Source: a virus. From it: a stretch of 64,000 nucleotides of DNA. Under the pieces are notes generated by a model that was not told the origin of the DNA, made no database searches, and saw only the letters and a program-made list of their open reading frames with translations. The position numbers and the translations under genes were made by a program. The stretch lies in the IMG/VR virus record IMGVR_UViG_3300017917_002814, positions 1-64,000 of that record; one strand, 5' to 3'. Positions 9,377 through 20,388 of this stretch are shown here, one piece after another; position 1 is the stretch's first letter; each line of letters starts with the position of its first letter.

Positions 9377-10408
9377 ATGGCAGTAGTACAACAAGTCACA
9401 AGTTATCTGAACCCTGTGTATAATCAAGGCGCACAACAAAAAGGACAAATTAGACCCGATGTTGAGGCTCTGAAGTTTGCCGACGGCGGAATTTTTAGTC
9501 CAAACAAAGGTAATCAAACCACACCTGCGGGCAGTTTAAATTCTGAAGATACTAGGCTAGCAAAAGCCAATCTACAAAAAGGTGGAGCATCTGTGCCTCC
9601 TGCCAACACAAATGGACCTAAAACGCAATTTGGTGTTAGCGACGATTCTGGTAATGATTGGCGAGTCAAAATCAGCATTAATCCTACTAGTAAGATTTTG
9701 TATTGGGATCCAACTGCAACTGGCAATGTGCCGGGCCTATTGGCTCCGTTAAAACTAACAGATGGATTTATTTTTCCTTATGTTCCGCAAGTTACTGTGA
9801 GCCACAGTGCAAATTATTCTTCAGTTCCTTTAACACATTCTAACTATGCTCAGTATTTTTATGAATCAAGTGCAGTTGCGTCTATCAGCATCAGTGGAGA
9901 CTTTACTGTACAAAACATTGATGAAGCAAAATATTTTTTAGCTGGCATTTATTATTTTAGAGCTCTCACAAAAATGTTTTATGGCATGTCAGGAGATTAT
10001 CAAGGTAGTCCTCCTCCAATAGTTTATCTTGACGGATATGGACAACACTATTTACCGCATGTGCCCTGCGTAATTACGAATTTTAGCCATACTATGCCAG
10101 CAGATGTTGATTACCTTGAAGTAAATACTCCACAATCTGTAACAGAAAAAAGAACATCAAACAGAACTCCTGGTGGTACCATGGGATCCATTACTTTACC
10201 AAGTGTAAGAGGTACAAATGCCGGTAGCGAAATAGTCACACAAACAATAAACACTGCGTTTAATCGAGTGCCAACATCAAGTACATTTACTTTAACGTTA
10301 CAACCAGTTATAAGTCGTACACAGGCAATAGCGTTTAATTATCAATCCTTTGCTCGGGGCGGTCTGATATCAGGAAAAGACAGTGCCTTTACTGGAGGAT
10401 TCCTATAA
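9377..10408 (+). CDS. Putative baseplate/tail-tube initiator protein
   Basis: FPYVPQVTVSHSANY...ISGDFTVQN...GSPPPIVYLDGYG...PCVITNFS pattern typical of tube-fold baseplate proteins; first gene of the baseplate cluster. Confidence 0.55.
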   Translation: MAVVQQVTSYLNPVYNQGAQQKGQIRPDVEALKFADGGIFSPNKGNQTTPAGSLNSEDTRLAKANLQKGGASVPPANTNGPKTQFGVSDDSGNDWRVKISINPTSKILYWDPTATGNVPGLLAPLKLTDGFIFPYVPQVTVSHSANYSSVPLTHSNYAQYFYESSAVASISISGDFTVQNIDEAKYFLAGIYYFRALTKMFYGMSGDYQGSPPPIVYLDGYGQHYLPHVPCVITNFSHTMPADVDYLEVNTPQSVTEKRTSNRTPGGTMGSITLPSVRGTNAGSEIVTQTINTAFNRVPTSSTFTLTLQPVISRTQAIAFNYQSFARGGLISGKDSAFTGGFL

Positions 10409-10713
10409 TGTCGCAAACTCGTTATCCCCCAACCAGCCCCTATTATAGAACTGGCACATTTGGTATTTTTCTTGACGTAATGACCAATAGACCAATCACC
10501 AGATTGTCTGACGATGTTCTTTACGAAATTGATAGTGTGTACGAATACAGACCTGATCTGTTGGCGTCTGACTTGTATGGCGACAGCAGTTTGTGGTGGG
10601 TGTTTGCACAACGTAATCCCAATGTGCTAATTGATCCGCTCATGGATTTTGTTGCTGGAGCAAGAATTTACATCCCCAAAATGGCAACATTAAAACAAGA
10701 TCTAGGAGTGTAA
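10408..10713 (+). CDS. gp53: Baseplate wedge protein, LysM-like (gp53/tail X-like)
   Basis: YRPDLLASDLYG-SSLWWVFAQRN...G-RIYIP motif. Confidence 0.7.
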   Translation: MSQTRYPPTSPYYRTGTFGIFLDVMTNRPITRLSDDVLYEIDSVYEYRPDLLASDLYGDSSLWWVFAQRNPNVLIDPLMDFVAGARIYIPKMATLKQDLGV

Positions 10714-10716
10714 CTG

Positions 10717-13700
10717 GTGGCCACAGTACAAGAGTTAAAAGACAAAGTTAGTAATGCAGAATTTAATTTAAACTTTAGAAAAGGTGGTAACCAAAATTCT
10801 AGACGCGGCCCTGACGGACTCATGCCATTGGGTGGCATTGATTTTTTATTAGAAGAAAATATAAAAAAACAAGAACGATTCAAGGCGGCAGGCAATCAAT
10901 TTGAATTAGAAAATCAACAGCGAATTTATAGAAATCTAATAAGTGAACGGTTGCAACAAGAACGGGTTATTGCTCAAAGAGAAATTGAACTTGCTGCATT
11001 AAAACAAGAATTAGAAGTTGCTGTATCAAATCAAGCACAACAAGATGCAGCAAAAGGCCAGACAGCCACAGCTCCTACCACCAACGGCGAACCAGTACCG
11101 GTGGCAGTGCCAGTGACCAATGAACAACAGGCCAAGCTTGATCAATCCCGGTCCGGCGAATTATCAAGCAAAGTCGAACAAAGTCAAGATCCAATTGCAG
11201 CAAATAAACAAAACAATCAAAACGGAACTGCTCAACCTAAGTCAGAAGCAAATTTTAGTGGAGAAACCAATCAAAATGCCGCAGCTTCGGTATCAGGCAA
11301 CAACAATGTTTCGGGTAAAAAATCTGATTTTGCACCTCAATCAGCTCCGGGCTACGGACTACCAAAAAACAAACTGCATGACTATACCAGTTACACTTAT
11401 AGAATAACTTTGTTTCTACTTACAAAAAAAGATTTCAATGAACTGGCCAGCAACCCAACAAAATTTGTTCCAACATTTAGTTTGATCAGCAGCGGCGGTG
11501 GATTTGCTGCGCCTGGTTCGATTAAAACAGAAACGACACGGAAAGTGTCGCCTTTTGGTGGATATGAAGATGTTTCTACCACTCAAACCAAAGCCGGGCG
11601 TCATCCGGATTTTCAGACTGACTTTTTTATTGACAATTTACAAATACAAACTGTTGTTGGGTTAAATGCCAAATCTAAGGCATCCAATGCCATTGATATA
11701 TCATTTAATATAACTGAACCATACGGGCTTAGTCTATTAGATAGATTACTAAGTGCTTCGGAAACCTGTGGAGACAAAAATGCCAACTACATGGAACAAC
11801 CTTATCTACTGCAAGTTGATCTGTTGGCAAGTCCTACTGACGAACAACTGGGTATTATGAAACAGTCTACAAACGTGATTGACAGTAAAAAAATCGCCAT
11901 CAAACTGTTAGAAATGAAAATTAAACCATCTGGTAGCGGAAGCACTTATGCAATCAAGGCCATGCCTTACAATCATGTGGCTTTTAGTTTGACCACAGCA
12001 GCTATGCCAATCACTTTAAGCGTTGAAGCCAGCACTGTGGGAGAATTTTTCAGTAGTGCAGATGATATTGCTAAAATTTTTTCCGGCCAAAATGCCATCA
12101 ATGAAGAACGATTGGAAAGCGAATTAAAAGCCTGGATTGATGAATTTTGGTCAACAGGCGGATTTCAACCGACACCAGAACAAATAGCCAACCAAAGAAA
12201 AGCTCTACAGAATGCAATTGTTTACAACAGCAAAAGTTTAGCAGCTGGATATAACGGCTACATGGACAAGGTGGCAAAAGATCAAAAACTCAGCCGATTG
12301 CCCCCTACAAAAATCGCCTTCAACATACCAGATAGAATATTATCAGAATCACCAATAGTGGATGAAAAAGCTCAAGTCACCGACGGCAAGATGCAGGATC
12401 CAACTACAACTGTTGGTAAAGTTGACCCTCAATTGAAAAAAACACAATCGTTCACTATCAATGCCGGGACAAGCATAATTGATGTTATTGACATGATAAT
12501 GGGCAAAAGCGAGTATGTTAAATCTCAAATAAAAACGTTGGGTAAAACCAACAACAATGACGCCGCGCAAAAAGAATATACCAATGATCGTGAAAGAGCC
12601 AATGCCGACAAGCAACTAAAAGCGTTGACGTTAAAATGGTATAAAGTTGTACCCACTGTGGCATTAAATGATTTTGATGCTACTAGAAATGCCTATAGTA
12701 AAACTATTTTATACACCATATTACCGTACACAGCAGCCAATGCCTATCATCCTAATTTTCCGCAGTCCACTGCCCAAACACTAGAAAATTCTGTGGTACG
12801 AGAATACAATTATCTTTACACAGGAAAAAATCAAGACATACTGCGTTTAGATATTGATTTTGATAGCACTTTTTATACACAGTTGACAACTAAACCTTTG
12901 CAAGTGGCTGTTTTAGGCACAGACCGAAACAGTGACATTGACGACGTGAACAAAAATCAAGCACAATATAGTGTCAATACTCCATCAAATCCAACTAATC
13001 CACCAACATCATATCAAATTTCAGGTCAGCAAAGAAGAAGTAACTCGCTAAATTCATCTAACAATCCTGATGAACAAATAGTCAATGATTTGAAACAAAG
13101 CATTTATACCAGTCAACGCGGTGACGCTTTGAATATCAAGTTACAAATAATTGGTGACCCAGATTTTATCAAGCAAGACGACATATTCTATAACCCAGGA
13201 AGCCCTGAAGAATATGCAAAAACCATGGGCAGTAGATTAAATAATTCATCAGCTCCTATAAATGAAAGTGGTCAAATATTATTTGATGCAGAACAAGTTT
13301 ATGTGAAATTAACATTCAGAAATGCGGTTGATATCAATGACAAAATTGGAATAGTAAACAAACAAGACAAACTTACAAATGGCAGAATGACCAACGGATC
13401 ATTTTCTGGCATTTATAAAATTCAAACAGTGGAAAGTGAATTCAGCCGCGGACAATTTACGCAAACACTTGATTTGATCAGGATGCCAGAATCATTGCCA
13501 GAAATAAAAATTGCAGCACCCCAAACTACTCAATCAGGAATAAGTACAGATACTCAAAGTGCCAAAAAAAATGAAGAGGCAGACAATTCTAAGCAAAATG
13601 CTGTTTCTGCCAATCCCACTGGACTAGCACCGCCTGTACCACCAAAATTAGCCGAAGCGGCTGCACAGCCAGCAGCAAATGGCCAAGGAGGACCTGAAAA

Positions 13701-13899
13701 TGCTGGTAACAATCAAGCTGTGGCTCCGCAAGTGTCAGCTGGCTTTACTTTTGCAGAAGCATTTAGACAAGCAAGAAAAGATTTTGGCAACCGACCAGGT
13801 GGTGTATTTGAATGGCGCGGCAAATTATATCAAACAAATTATCAAAATGAACCTCTCGTTAAAAATCCCATACCGGTGTATCCAGGAGCCAATCAATAA
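10717..13899 (+). CDS. Putative baseplate hub protein (gp27/VgrG-like) with low-complexity flanks
   Basis: Lies between the gp53- and gp5-like genes; LQIIGDP...SGIYKIQTVESEFSRGQFTQTLDL hub-like C-terminal barrel; GTG start. Confidence 0.55.
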   Translation: MATVQELKDKVSNAEFNLNFRKGGNQNSRRGPDGLMPLGGIDFLLEENIKKQERFKAAGNQFELENQQRIYRNLISERLQQERVIAQREIELAALKQELEVAVSNQAQQDAAKGQTATAPTTNGEPVPVAVPVTNEQQAKLDQSRSGELSSKVEQSQDPIAANKQNNQNGTAQPKSEANFSGETNQNAAASVSGNNNVSGKKSDFAPQSAPGYGLPKNKLHDYTSYTYRITLFLLTKKDFNELASNPTKFVPTFSLISSGGGFAAPGSIKTETTRKVSPFGGYEDVSTTQTKAGRHPDFQTDFFIDNLQIQTVVGLNAKSKASNAIDISFNITEPYGLSLLDRLLSASETCGDKNANYMEQPYLLQVDLLASPTDEQLGIMKQSTNVIDSKKIAIKLLEMKIKPSGSGSTYAIKAMPYNHVAFSLTTAAMPITLSVEASTVGEFFSSADDIAKIFSGQNAINEERLESELKAWIDEFWSTGGFQPTPEQIANQRKALQNAIVYNSKSLAAGYNGYMDKVAKDQKLSRLPPTKIAFNIPDRILSESPIVDEKAQVTDGKMQDPTTTVGKVDPQLKKTQSFTINAGTSIIDVIDMIMGKSEYVKSQIKTLGKTNNNDAAQKEYTNDRERANADKQLKALTLKWYKVVPTVALNDFDATRNAYSKTILYTILPYTAANAYHPNFPQSTAQTLENSVVREYNYLYTGKNQDILRLDIDFDSTFYTQLTTKPLQVAVLGTDRNSDIDDVNKNQAQYSVNTPSNPTNPPTSYQISGQQRRSNSLNSSNNPDEQIVNDLKQSIYTSQRGDALNIKLQIIGDPDFIKQDDIFYNPGSPEEYAKTMGSRLNNSSAPINESGQILFDAEQVYVKLTFRNAVDINDKIGIVNKQDKLTNGRMTNGSFSGIYKIQTVESEFSRGQFTQTLDLIRMPESLPEIKIAAPQTTQSGISTDTQSAKKNEEADNSKQNAVSANPTGLAPPVPPKLAEAAAQPAANGQGGPENAGNNQAVAPQVSAGFTFAEAFRQARKDFGNRPGGVFEWRGKLYQTNYQNEPLVKNPIPVYPGANQ

Positions 13900-15386
13900 T
13901 GGCCAATGATAAACAAAGCGCGAACAGAATTCCAGACTGGGCAGGCACAAACAAGCCTTCGGGTGTAAAACTAGATCCTGGACCATTTATAGGCATTGTA
14001 AGAAACAATGCTGATCCTGCTAGACAGGGCAGATTGGCGGTATATGTGCCTGACATTGGCGGCGACGAAAATGATCCCAATAATTGGTATGTGGTAAGAT
14101 ATGCCAGTCCTTTTTTTGGAAGTACCTTGGGATTGGCAGGATCACCTGACAGTCAAAATGATAACTTTGCTACATCACAGCAGACTTATGGATTTTGGGC
14201 TGTGCCTCCTGATATCAACAATCGTGTTTTAATAACTTTTGTAATGGGAGACCCAACTAGAGGATACTGGTTTGCCTGCGTACCCAACATACAAACTATG
14301 AATATGGTACCAGGTATGTCACGACCACCAGGCGATAAGCCGTATACAGCAACCAATTCTGACAAATTTTTTGGAGCAGGAAGAATAACCAGCGACAGCT
14401 ATTTGCCGGTATCAGAGCTGGTAACAGAAAATCCTACCGTTGACAGAAATCCTTATTTTTTTGATCTGCCTAGGGTAGTTCATACATATCAAGCAAATAT
14501 TGTAATTGAGCAAGGATTAGATCAAGACCCTTTGCGCGGCACGGTTACTAGTAGTAGTCAACGAGAAACCCCCAGTCAAGTTGTGGGGCTAAGTAGCCCC
14601 GGTCGTACAATTCCTGACCCGGCTGACTTTCCGAGTTTACGGCGCTTGTTGGACCAGCAGGCTCTTCCAATATCAGTACTACAGCAATTTTCCAGCAGAA
14701 AAGGTGGTCATAGTTTCGTCATGGATGACGGTGATTTATTTGGTCAAAGCCAGCTGTTGAGAATACGTAGTAGTTCAGGACATCAAATACTCATGCACGA
14801 TACTGCAGATTTAATGTATATCGGCAATAGCAAAGGCACAGCCTGGATAGAACTAACTCCAGATGGAAGCATGAATGTGTTTAGTGCCAGCAATGTAAGT
14901 ATACGAGCGCAGCAAGATATAAATTTTCATGCAGACAATAATATAAATTTTCATAGCGGTAACACCATAAAAATGTTTGCAGAAAAATATTTTTTAAATC
15001 AAACTCAAAGTTATCAAGTGACTGCAACTAAAAATTACTCGTTAAACGCAGGCAATGTAGGAATCAAAAGCGGAACAAGTCTGTTGATGCAATCAATCAC
15101 AGGAGGATGGCAAACTTCAGCTGATCTAGTACTTAAAGGCCGAAAAATATATTTAAACAGCGGAACCCCAGCTGCACCATTGTCCAATGCACCGTTGGAA
15201 TTTTATGAACAGGGTAATGTGGCTTATGATAATGAAAGAAAATTGTGGAGACCAGTGACTACAACATTTAACAGTCTAGCACCTTTTACCCCAACACACG
15301 AGCCTTGGCAAAGACAAACAGGGGTCCTTAAAAAGAACAACGGTAAAATTGTGCCGCCAACGCTGCAAACATTAGGAAAAACATAA
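13899..15386 (+). CDS. gp5: Baseplate central spike, gp5/VgrG OB-fold and beta-helix
   Basis: GIVRNNADPARQGRLAV...VPPDINNRVLITF.GDPTRGYW OB-fold; GHSFVMDD, SGHQILMHD, then beta-helix-like repeats. Confidence 0.75.
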   Translation: MANDKQSANRIPDWAGTNKPSGVKLDPGPFIGIVRNNADPARQGRLAVYVPDIGGDENDPNNWYVVRYASPFFGSTLGLAGSPDSQNDNFATSQQTYGFWAVPPDINNRVLITFVMGDPTRGYWFACVPNIQTMNMVPGMSRPPGDKPYTATNSDKFFGAGRITSDSYLPVSELVTENPTVDRNPYFFDLPRVVHTYQANIVIEQGLDQDPLRGTVTSSSQRETPSQVVGLSSPGRTIPDPADFPSLRRLLDQQALPISVLQQFSSRKGGHSFVMDDGDLFGQSQLLRIRSSSGHQILMHDTADLMYIGNSKGTAWIELTPDGSMNVFSASNVSIRAQQDINFHADNNINFHSGNTIKMFAEKYFLNQTQSYQVTATKNYSLNAGNVGIKSGTSLLMQSITGGWQTSADLVLKGRKIYLNSGTPAAPLSNAPLEFYEQGNVAYDNERKLWRPVTTTFNSLAPFTPTHEPWQRQTGVLKKNNGKIVPPTLQTLGKT

Positions 15387-16474
15387 TGGCCAGTCGCGGA
15401 ATAATAAATGCAAAAAACGAAGTAGTGATCAATCCAGCCGAAAGATCATTGCTGACCAGTGCCGGCGCACCATTTGGATTTACATTAGAACAATATAGGC
15501 CAGAAATTTTAACACTATCAAAATTTGAAACCAAATGTTTGCTAATTCAGTTGGCCAATTTGGAAAGCAACATAACGTCTAGTCTCACTAGTATTGGTGT
15601 CCCTAAATTGGGAATTTTTAAAGCAAATATCAATGCAAATAACCTAGTGTCAAGTTCTAATGTGGCAACAGTAACAATTACCAATTCAGATCATAGCGAT
15701 ATAAATTTAGGCATGATAGCACAACTGCTACCTGATAGCGTGGGTGTATTTGGTAGCAATACACTTGTAGTTGCCAAATCAGTAGGCGGTAATATCATAG
15801 CCGGTAATTTTGTACCTGGATGCACTTATACTATCACAAGTGTAGGCACAACAGATTTTTCAAAAATAGGACATACAGGTGAAGTCACAGCAATTGGCAA
15901 CGTGTTTGTGGCCAATGCAGCTGGTTCAGGCACCGGGACTGCATTAGGAACAAACAATCAAATCATATTTGGAAGCAATCACACAATTAGCGGTGATGTG
16001 ACCTTCAACGTAGTTCCGTTAAAACTAGGAAAATATCAGACTTCACCGTGGTTACTGACCAAGCTTGGTTATTTAGAAACTAACGGTGCCTGGAAAAACA
16101 CAGACGGAGTTGATTCTAACGATATATTTTTAGCTGCCCCGGAAGTTCAAGATTCAGTAGTAGCAACATTTTTACAACAGCAGTATATAGAGCTGGTCAA
16201 AATAGGTGCAATTCGTGCAGGAGACGACAAAGAGACAGTGGCGGGAATGTTGGCACTTGCATATCAATATCAAGATATAGGAAATCCCTCATTGAATCAA
16301 AACGTTTTCAATTCTGATGGCACAGTGAATTTAGAGAATTATTCAATAGCTTCACGAGCAAATGTATGGAGAAATACAGGACAAACTGTAGACAGTCAAG
16401 GGCGGCCTGGACATATTTATTTTAATGCAGGACGATATGCTGTACGAACTCTAGGGGCAGATGTGCCAGAATAA
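15386..16474 (+). CDS. Lysozyme-like (lytic transglycosylase-type) baseplate protein with a large insertion
   Basis: LANLES (candidate catalytic Glu)...GKYQ...FLAAPEVQD...VAGMLALA; follows gp5, which lacks a lysozyme domain here. Confidence 0.45.
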   Translation: MASRGIINAKNEVVINPAERSLLTSAGAPFGFTLEQYRPEILTLSKFETKCLLIQLANLESNITSSLTSIGVPKLGIFKANINANNLVSSSNVATVTITNSDHSDINLGMIAQLLPDSVGVFGSNTLVVAKSVGGNIIAGNFVPGCTYTITSVGTTDFSKIGHTGEVTAIGNVFVANAAGSGTGTALGTNNQIIFGSNHTISGDVTFNVVPLKLGKYQTSPWLLTKLGYLETNGAWKNTDGVDSNDIFLAAPEVQDSVVATFLQQQYIELVKIGAIRAGDDKETVAGMLALAYQYQDIGNPSLNQNVFNSDGTVNLENYSIASRANVWRNTGQTVDSQGRPGHIYFNAGRYAVRTLGADVPE

Positions 16475-16477
16475 ATA
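16471..16477 (+). promoter_or_regulatory. Late promoter motif ATAAATA, 5 nt before ATG 16483
   Basis: ATAAATAcagttATG. Confidence 0.55.
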
Positions 16478-16482
16478 CAGTT

Positions 16483-16863
16483 ATGGCTCTAATAAGATAT
16501 AAAGGTTTCAGTACTATTGATCAGTACAAAAAATTCAGATTGACAGATTTGGATTTAATCAAGCGTGACTTGTTGAATCATTTTGCTATAAGAAAAGGTG
16601 AAAAACTAATGAATTCTGAATTTGGCAGTATAATTTGGAATATTTTATTTGAACCTCTTACTGCTGATGTCAAAGCTCTAGTGGTTGGTGATATTCAACG
16701 GGTACTTGCATATGATCCCAGAGTAAGAATAGACAATGTATTAGTTGATCAGCTTGATGCAGGTTTACAAGTGCAAATTGAATTGACCGTTCTTCCAGAT
16801 AATTACAGTGATGTTATAAATCTGCAATTTAACAGAGATCTCAATACTGTAGTAGCTGTATAA
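16483..16863 (+). CDS. gp25: Baseplate wedge subunit (gp25-like)
   Basis: IKRDLLNHFAIRKGEKLMNSEFGS...LFEP...YDPRV. Confidence 0.85.
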   Translation: MALIRYKGFSTIDQYKKFRLTDLDLIKRDLLNHFAIRKGEKLMNSEFGSIIWNILFEPLTADVKALVVGDIQRVLAYDPRVRIDNVLVDQLDAGLQVQIELTVLPDNYSDVINLQFNRDLNTVVAV

Positions 16864-16884
16864 AAGTACCAGATTATTATTATA

Positions 16885-16891
16885 ATAAATA
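16885..16891 (+). promoter_or_regulatory. Late promoter motif ATAAATA
   Basis: Intergenic, upstream of the gp6-like gene. Confidence 0.55.
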
Positions 16892-16910
16892 CTAAAAGAC
16901 AGGTATAGAT

Positions 16911-19900
16911 ATGGCTATTACTACAAGACAAACTAATTTATTGGTGCAACAAGATTGGACCAAAATCTATCAAACTTTCAGAGAAGCTGATTTCCAAAGT
17001 TTTGACTATGAAACTTTGCGTAAATCAATGATTGAATATCTCACCACATACTACCCAGAAGATTTCAACGATTTTACTGATAGTTCTGAATATATTGCTT
17101 TGATTGATTTGATAGCATTTTTAGGACAAAGTCTAGCATTTAGAACAGATCTAAACTCACGTGAAAATTTTATTGACACCGCCGAGCGCAGAGACAGCAT
17201 TCTAAAGCTGGCAAGATTGGTCAGTTACAATCCAAAACGCAGTACACCTGCAGCAGGATTTTTAAAATTTGATAGCGTAAGCACCACTGAAAACATTTTT
17301 GACAGCACTGGGTTTAATTTAAGTAATACTGTGGTAAACTGGAATGATAGCACAAATGAAAACTGGCTAGAACAATTTACTGCTGTGCTGAATGCTTCAT
17401 TGATAGCAACTCAGGCCATTGGAAAACCCGGCGGAACAAAAAATTTAAGTGGGATAAAAACAGAAGAGTACACCATAGATGTAGTAAGAGGAATAACACC
17501 AACTTATCCATACACAGCAGCAATAGCAGGGGTCACATATCCATTTGAAATTGTAAGCGCAACTAGCACCAGTCAAAACTACATATACGAATCTACACCC
17601 AGTCCTGGAGGCGCATTTAATTTTTTATATAGAAACGACAATCAAGGAAATTCAAGCAACAACACCGGATACTTTTTTTATTTTAAACAAGGCGAATTAA
17701 ACAGCCTAGATTTTACAATAACAGAAAGTCTGCCAAATAGAATTATAAACATCAATTTTGATAATATCAATAATACAGATGTTTGGTTATTTTCTTTAAC
17801 ATCAAATGGTACATTAAATGAACAATGGACACAAGTGCCTGCTGTAAATGGAATTAATGTCATATACAACAATACAGAGGAACGAAATCTTTATAGTGTA
17901 GCAACTAGAGCGAATGATCAAATTGATCTTGTGTTTGGTGACGGAAGTTTTACAAATATTCCTGTGGGTAATTTTAGAATTTACTATAGAGTCAGTAATA
18001 ATCTTACCTATAAAATCACTCCTGACGAAATGTCTGGAATAACAATAAATGTACCTTATGTTGGTAGAATTGGCAGAGCAGAAACTCTTACAATCAGAGC
18101 AAGTTTACAATATACAGTAACTAATGCAATATCAAGAGAAAGTCTTGAAGACATAAGAACCAAAGCTCCACAACAATACTATACGCAAAATCGTATGGTC
18201 ACTGGAGAAGATTATAACGTTCTGCCTTATACAACATTCAACAACATTCTTAAACTAAAGGCTGTCAACAGAACCAGTTCGGGCATAAGTAGATACCTCG
18301 ATGTGATTGACGCTACCGGCAAGTATTCAAGCACGAATATTTTTGCAGAAGATGGTATTATTTACAAAGAAGACTACAACGAAACAGAAAATTTCCAATT
18401 TACAAGTAGTACAGAAGTAAATGCAATTGTTCGCAACACTTTAAAACCATTGATATCTAGTGTCACTACCCGACATTTGTATTATGACACAGCCACAAGA
18501 AGTACTCCAACAGGTGCAACAATAGCTGCAACAACCATGGTAACTGGTACTACCTATGTAATTGTAAGTGCTGGTACTACTAATTTCACGTTATTTGGTG
18601 CTGCATCAAATTCAGTTGGAACAGTGTTTAAAGCTACCGCAAATGGTTTTGTGGGTATTGGGTCAGGCACCATTGCCACTAGAGCGGCATGGACACAATC
18701 AACTAATTCAGGTGGTAGAAGTACAGGTACCTTTACCAGCCCCAGTTACACTTTTCTGGTACAAGGAAGCTTGGTAAAATTTAATGCTCCGGCTGGACAA
18801 TATTTTGATGCTCAAAATCAGTTGCAAACAGGAACCCCAACAACAGAATTTCAGCGAACTTGGTTGTGGGCAAGTATAATTGATTACGACAATCCAGGTC
18901 TTACTTCAACTGCTACTCTGAGTGTTGTGGTTCCCACTGGTGCTATTGTAGCTGAAATAATACCAATGTTTGCAAATGATTGGTCTGAAACTTTGATCAA
19001 TAATATCATTTTACAAATTCTTAGTTACAAAACATTTGGTTTGAGATATGACATAACCACAATGTCTTGGCAAATAGTTGAAAGCCAGAATCTTGGCTCA
19101 GGCGATTTCAGTTTGACTAATGCAGGCAACACAGCAGGCACAGGACTAGACAACAGTTGGTTTATTAGTTTAAGTTTTGCCAATGGAGAATACACTACTA
19201 TTAGTAGAGGCTTAAATTATTATTTTGAAAGCGAAAGAGAAACAAGATTCTACTTTGATCCTGATGTGCGGGTATATGATAGTAGAACTGCAACAACTTT
19301 AATTGACAGTATAAAAGTTTTAAGAACCAACACGGAACCAGATTCCAGTGACAGTATATTTTATAGCCAGACATATAGAGTTTGGAGTAGAGCAATTGGA
19401 GCGGACGGAATTGACGATAATAGAAAAATTAAAATCACTTTCCTTGACGATAATTTAGACGAGGTTCCTGACGATCCTGATTTGTTTGTTGAGTTGGTTG
19501 CTCCAACAGTCAATACCAAAAACAAATATGTATATTTTGTTGAAAATGTAAACCAATACAACTTTTTACAATATGATCCTGTTGATCAAACAAATATTGT
19601 TAGTGAATATCCAACACAAGAAAATATTTTAAATAACATTTCTCTATACAGTGAGGGCACAATATTCTATGCCGTTGACGAAGACAAATTTTATGAGTCA
19701 CAAGGAACAACATTGAATCAAGTATCAAATTATGTTGCACGTATTGGAAGGCAAAGTTTACAATTTCAATACAAACATAACGCTCCTAATAACCGGAGAA
19801 TAGATCCTAGTCCAAACAATTTAATTGATTTTTATATCTTAACTAAGTCGTATTCCAATGATTATTTTGCCTATATAACTGACACTAGCGGTAGAATAAC

Positions 19901-20375
19901 TGAACCAGTGGCTCCTTCTATAGACGACCTAAAAGTTGAATTTGGATCAATTGAAACTTACAAAACTATTAGTGACAGTATAATCTACAATCCTGCAGTA
20001 TTCAAACCTTTGTTCGGGAATAAAGCAGATGCAGCACTGAGAGCAACTTTCAAAGTAATCAAAAATCCAAATGTAAATGTAAGTGACAATGAGATTAAAA
20101 GCCAAGTTGTTGCTGCCATAAACACATATTTTGACATCAATAATTGGGATTTTGGAGAAACTTTTTATTTTAGTGAATTGAGCGCATATCTACACACTAC
20201 ACTAGTACCTAATGTGAGTAGTATAATCATAGTACCATCTAGCTCCGGAAGCCAATTTGGTACATTATATCAGATTAATGCTGATCCCGATGAAATTTTA
20301 GTAAGTGCGGCTACTGTAGATAACGTACAAATTATTTCTGCCATCACAGCGGCACAATTGAATTTATCTGTTTAA
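16911..20375 (+). CDS. gp6: Baseplate wedge subunit (gp6/baseplate J-like)
   Basis: DFETLR-type start (FDYETLRKSM), ENFIDTAERRDSILKLARLVSYNPKR, FGDG, ESLEDIRTKAP...QNRMVTGEDY. Confidence 0.8.
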   Translation: MAITTRQTNLLVQQDWTKIYQTFREADFQSFDYETLRKSMIEYLTTYYPEDFNDFTDSSEYIALIDLIAFLGQSLAFRTDLNSRENFIDTAERRDSILKLARLVSYNPKRSTPAAGFLKFDSVSTTENIFDSTGFNLSNTVVNWNDSTNENWLEQFTAVLNASLIATQAIGKPGGTKNLSGIKTEEYTIDVVRGITPTYPYTAAIAGVTYPFEIVSATSTSQNYIYESTPSPGGAFNFLYRNDNQGNSSNNTGYFFYFKQGELNSLDFTITESLPNRIININFDNINNTDVWLFSLTSNGTLNEQWTQVPAVNGINVIYNNTEERNLYSVATRANDQIDLVFGDGSFTNIPVGNFRIYYRVSNNLTYKITPDEMSGITINVPYVGRIGRAETLTIRASLQYTVTNAISRESLEDIRTKAPQQYYTQNRMVTGEDYNVLPYTTFNNILKLKAVNRTSSGISRYLDVIDATGKYSSTNIFAEDGIIYKEDYNETENFQFTSSTEVNAIVRNTLKPLISSVTTRHLYYDTATRSTPTGATIAATTMVTGTTYVIVSAGTTNFTLFGAASNSVGTVFKATANGFVGIGSGTIATRAAWTQSTNSGGRSTGTFTSPSYTFLVQGSLVKFNAPAGQYFDAQNQLQTGTPTTEFQRTWLWASIIDYDNPGLTSTATLSVVVPTGAIVAEIIPMFANDWSETLINNIILQILSYKTFGLRYDITTMSWQIVESQNLGSGDFSLTNAGNTAGTGLDNSWFISLSFANGEYTTISRGLNYYFESERETRFYFDPDVRVYDSRTATTLIDSIKVLRTNTEPDSSDSIFYSQTYRVWSRAIGADGIDDNRKIKITFLDDNLDEVPDDPDLFVELVAPTVNTKNKYVYFVENVNQYNFLQYDPVDQTNIVSEYPTQENILNNISLYSEGTIFYAVDEDKFYESQGTTLNQVSNYVARIGRQSLQFQYKHNAPNNRRIDPSPNNLIDFYILTKSYSNDYFAYITDTSGRITEPVAPSIDDLKVEFGSIETYKTISDSIIYNPAVFKPLFGNKADAALRATFKVIKNPNVNVSDNEIKSQVVAAINTYFDINNWDFGETFYFSELSAYLHTTLVPNVSSIIIVPSSSGSQFGTLYQINADPDEILVSAATVDNVQIISAITAAQLNLSV

Positions 20376-20388
20376 ATAGGAAACAACA

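Noticed and set aside
9377-20375. Bacterial T6SS or extracellular contractile injection system
   Set aside because: The adjacent gp55, gp46/47 and late promoters indicate a true phage tail module.
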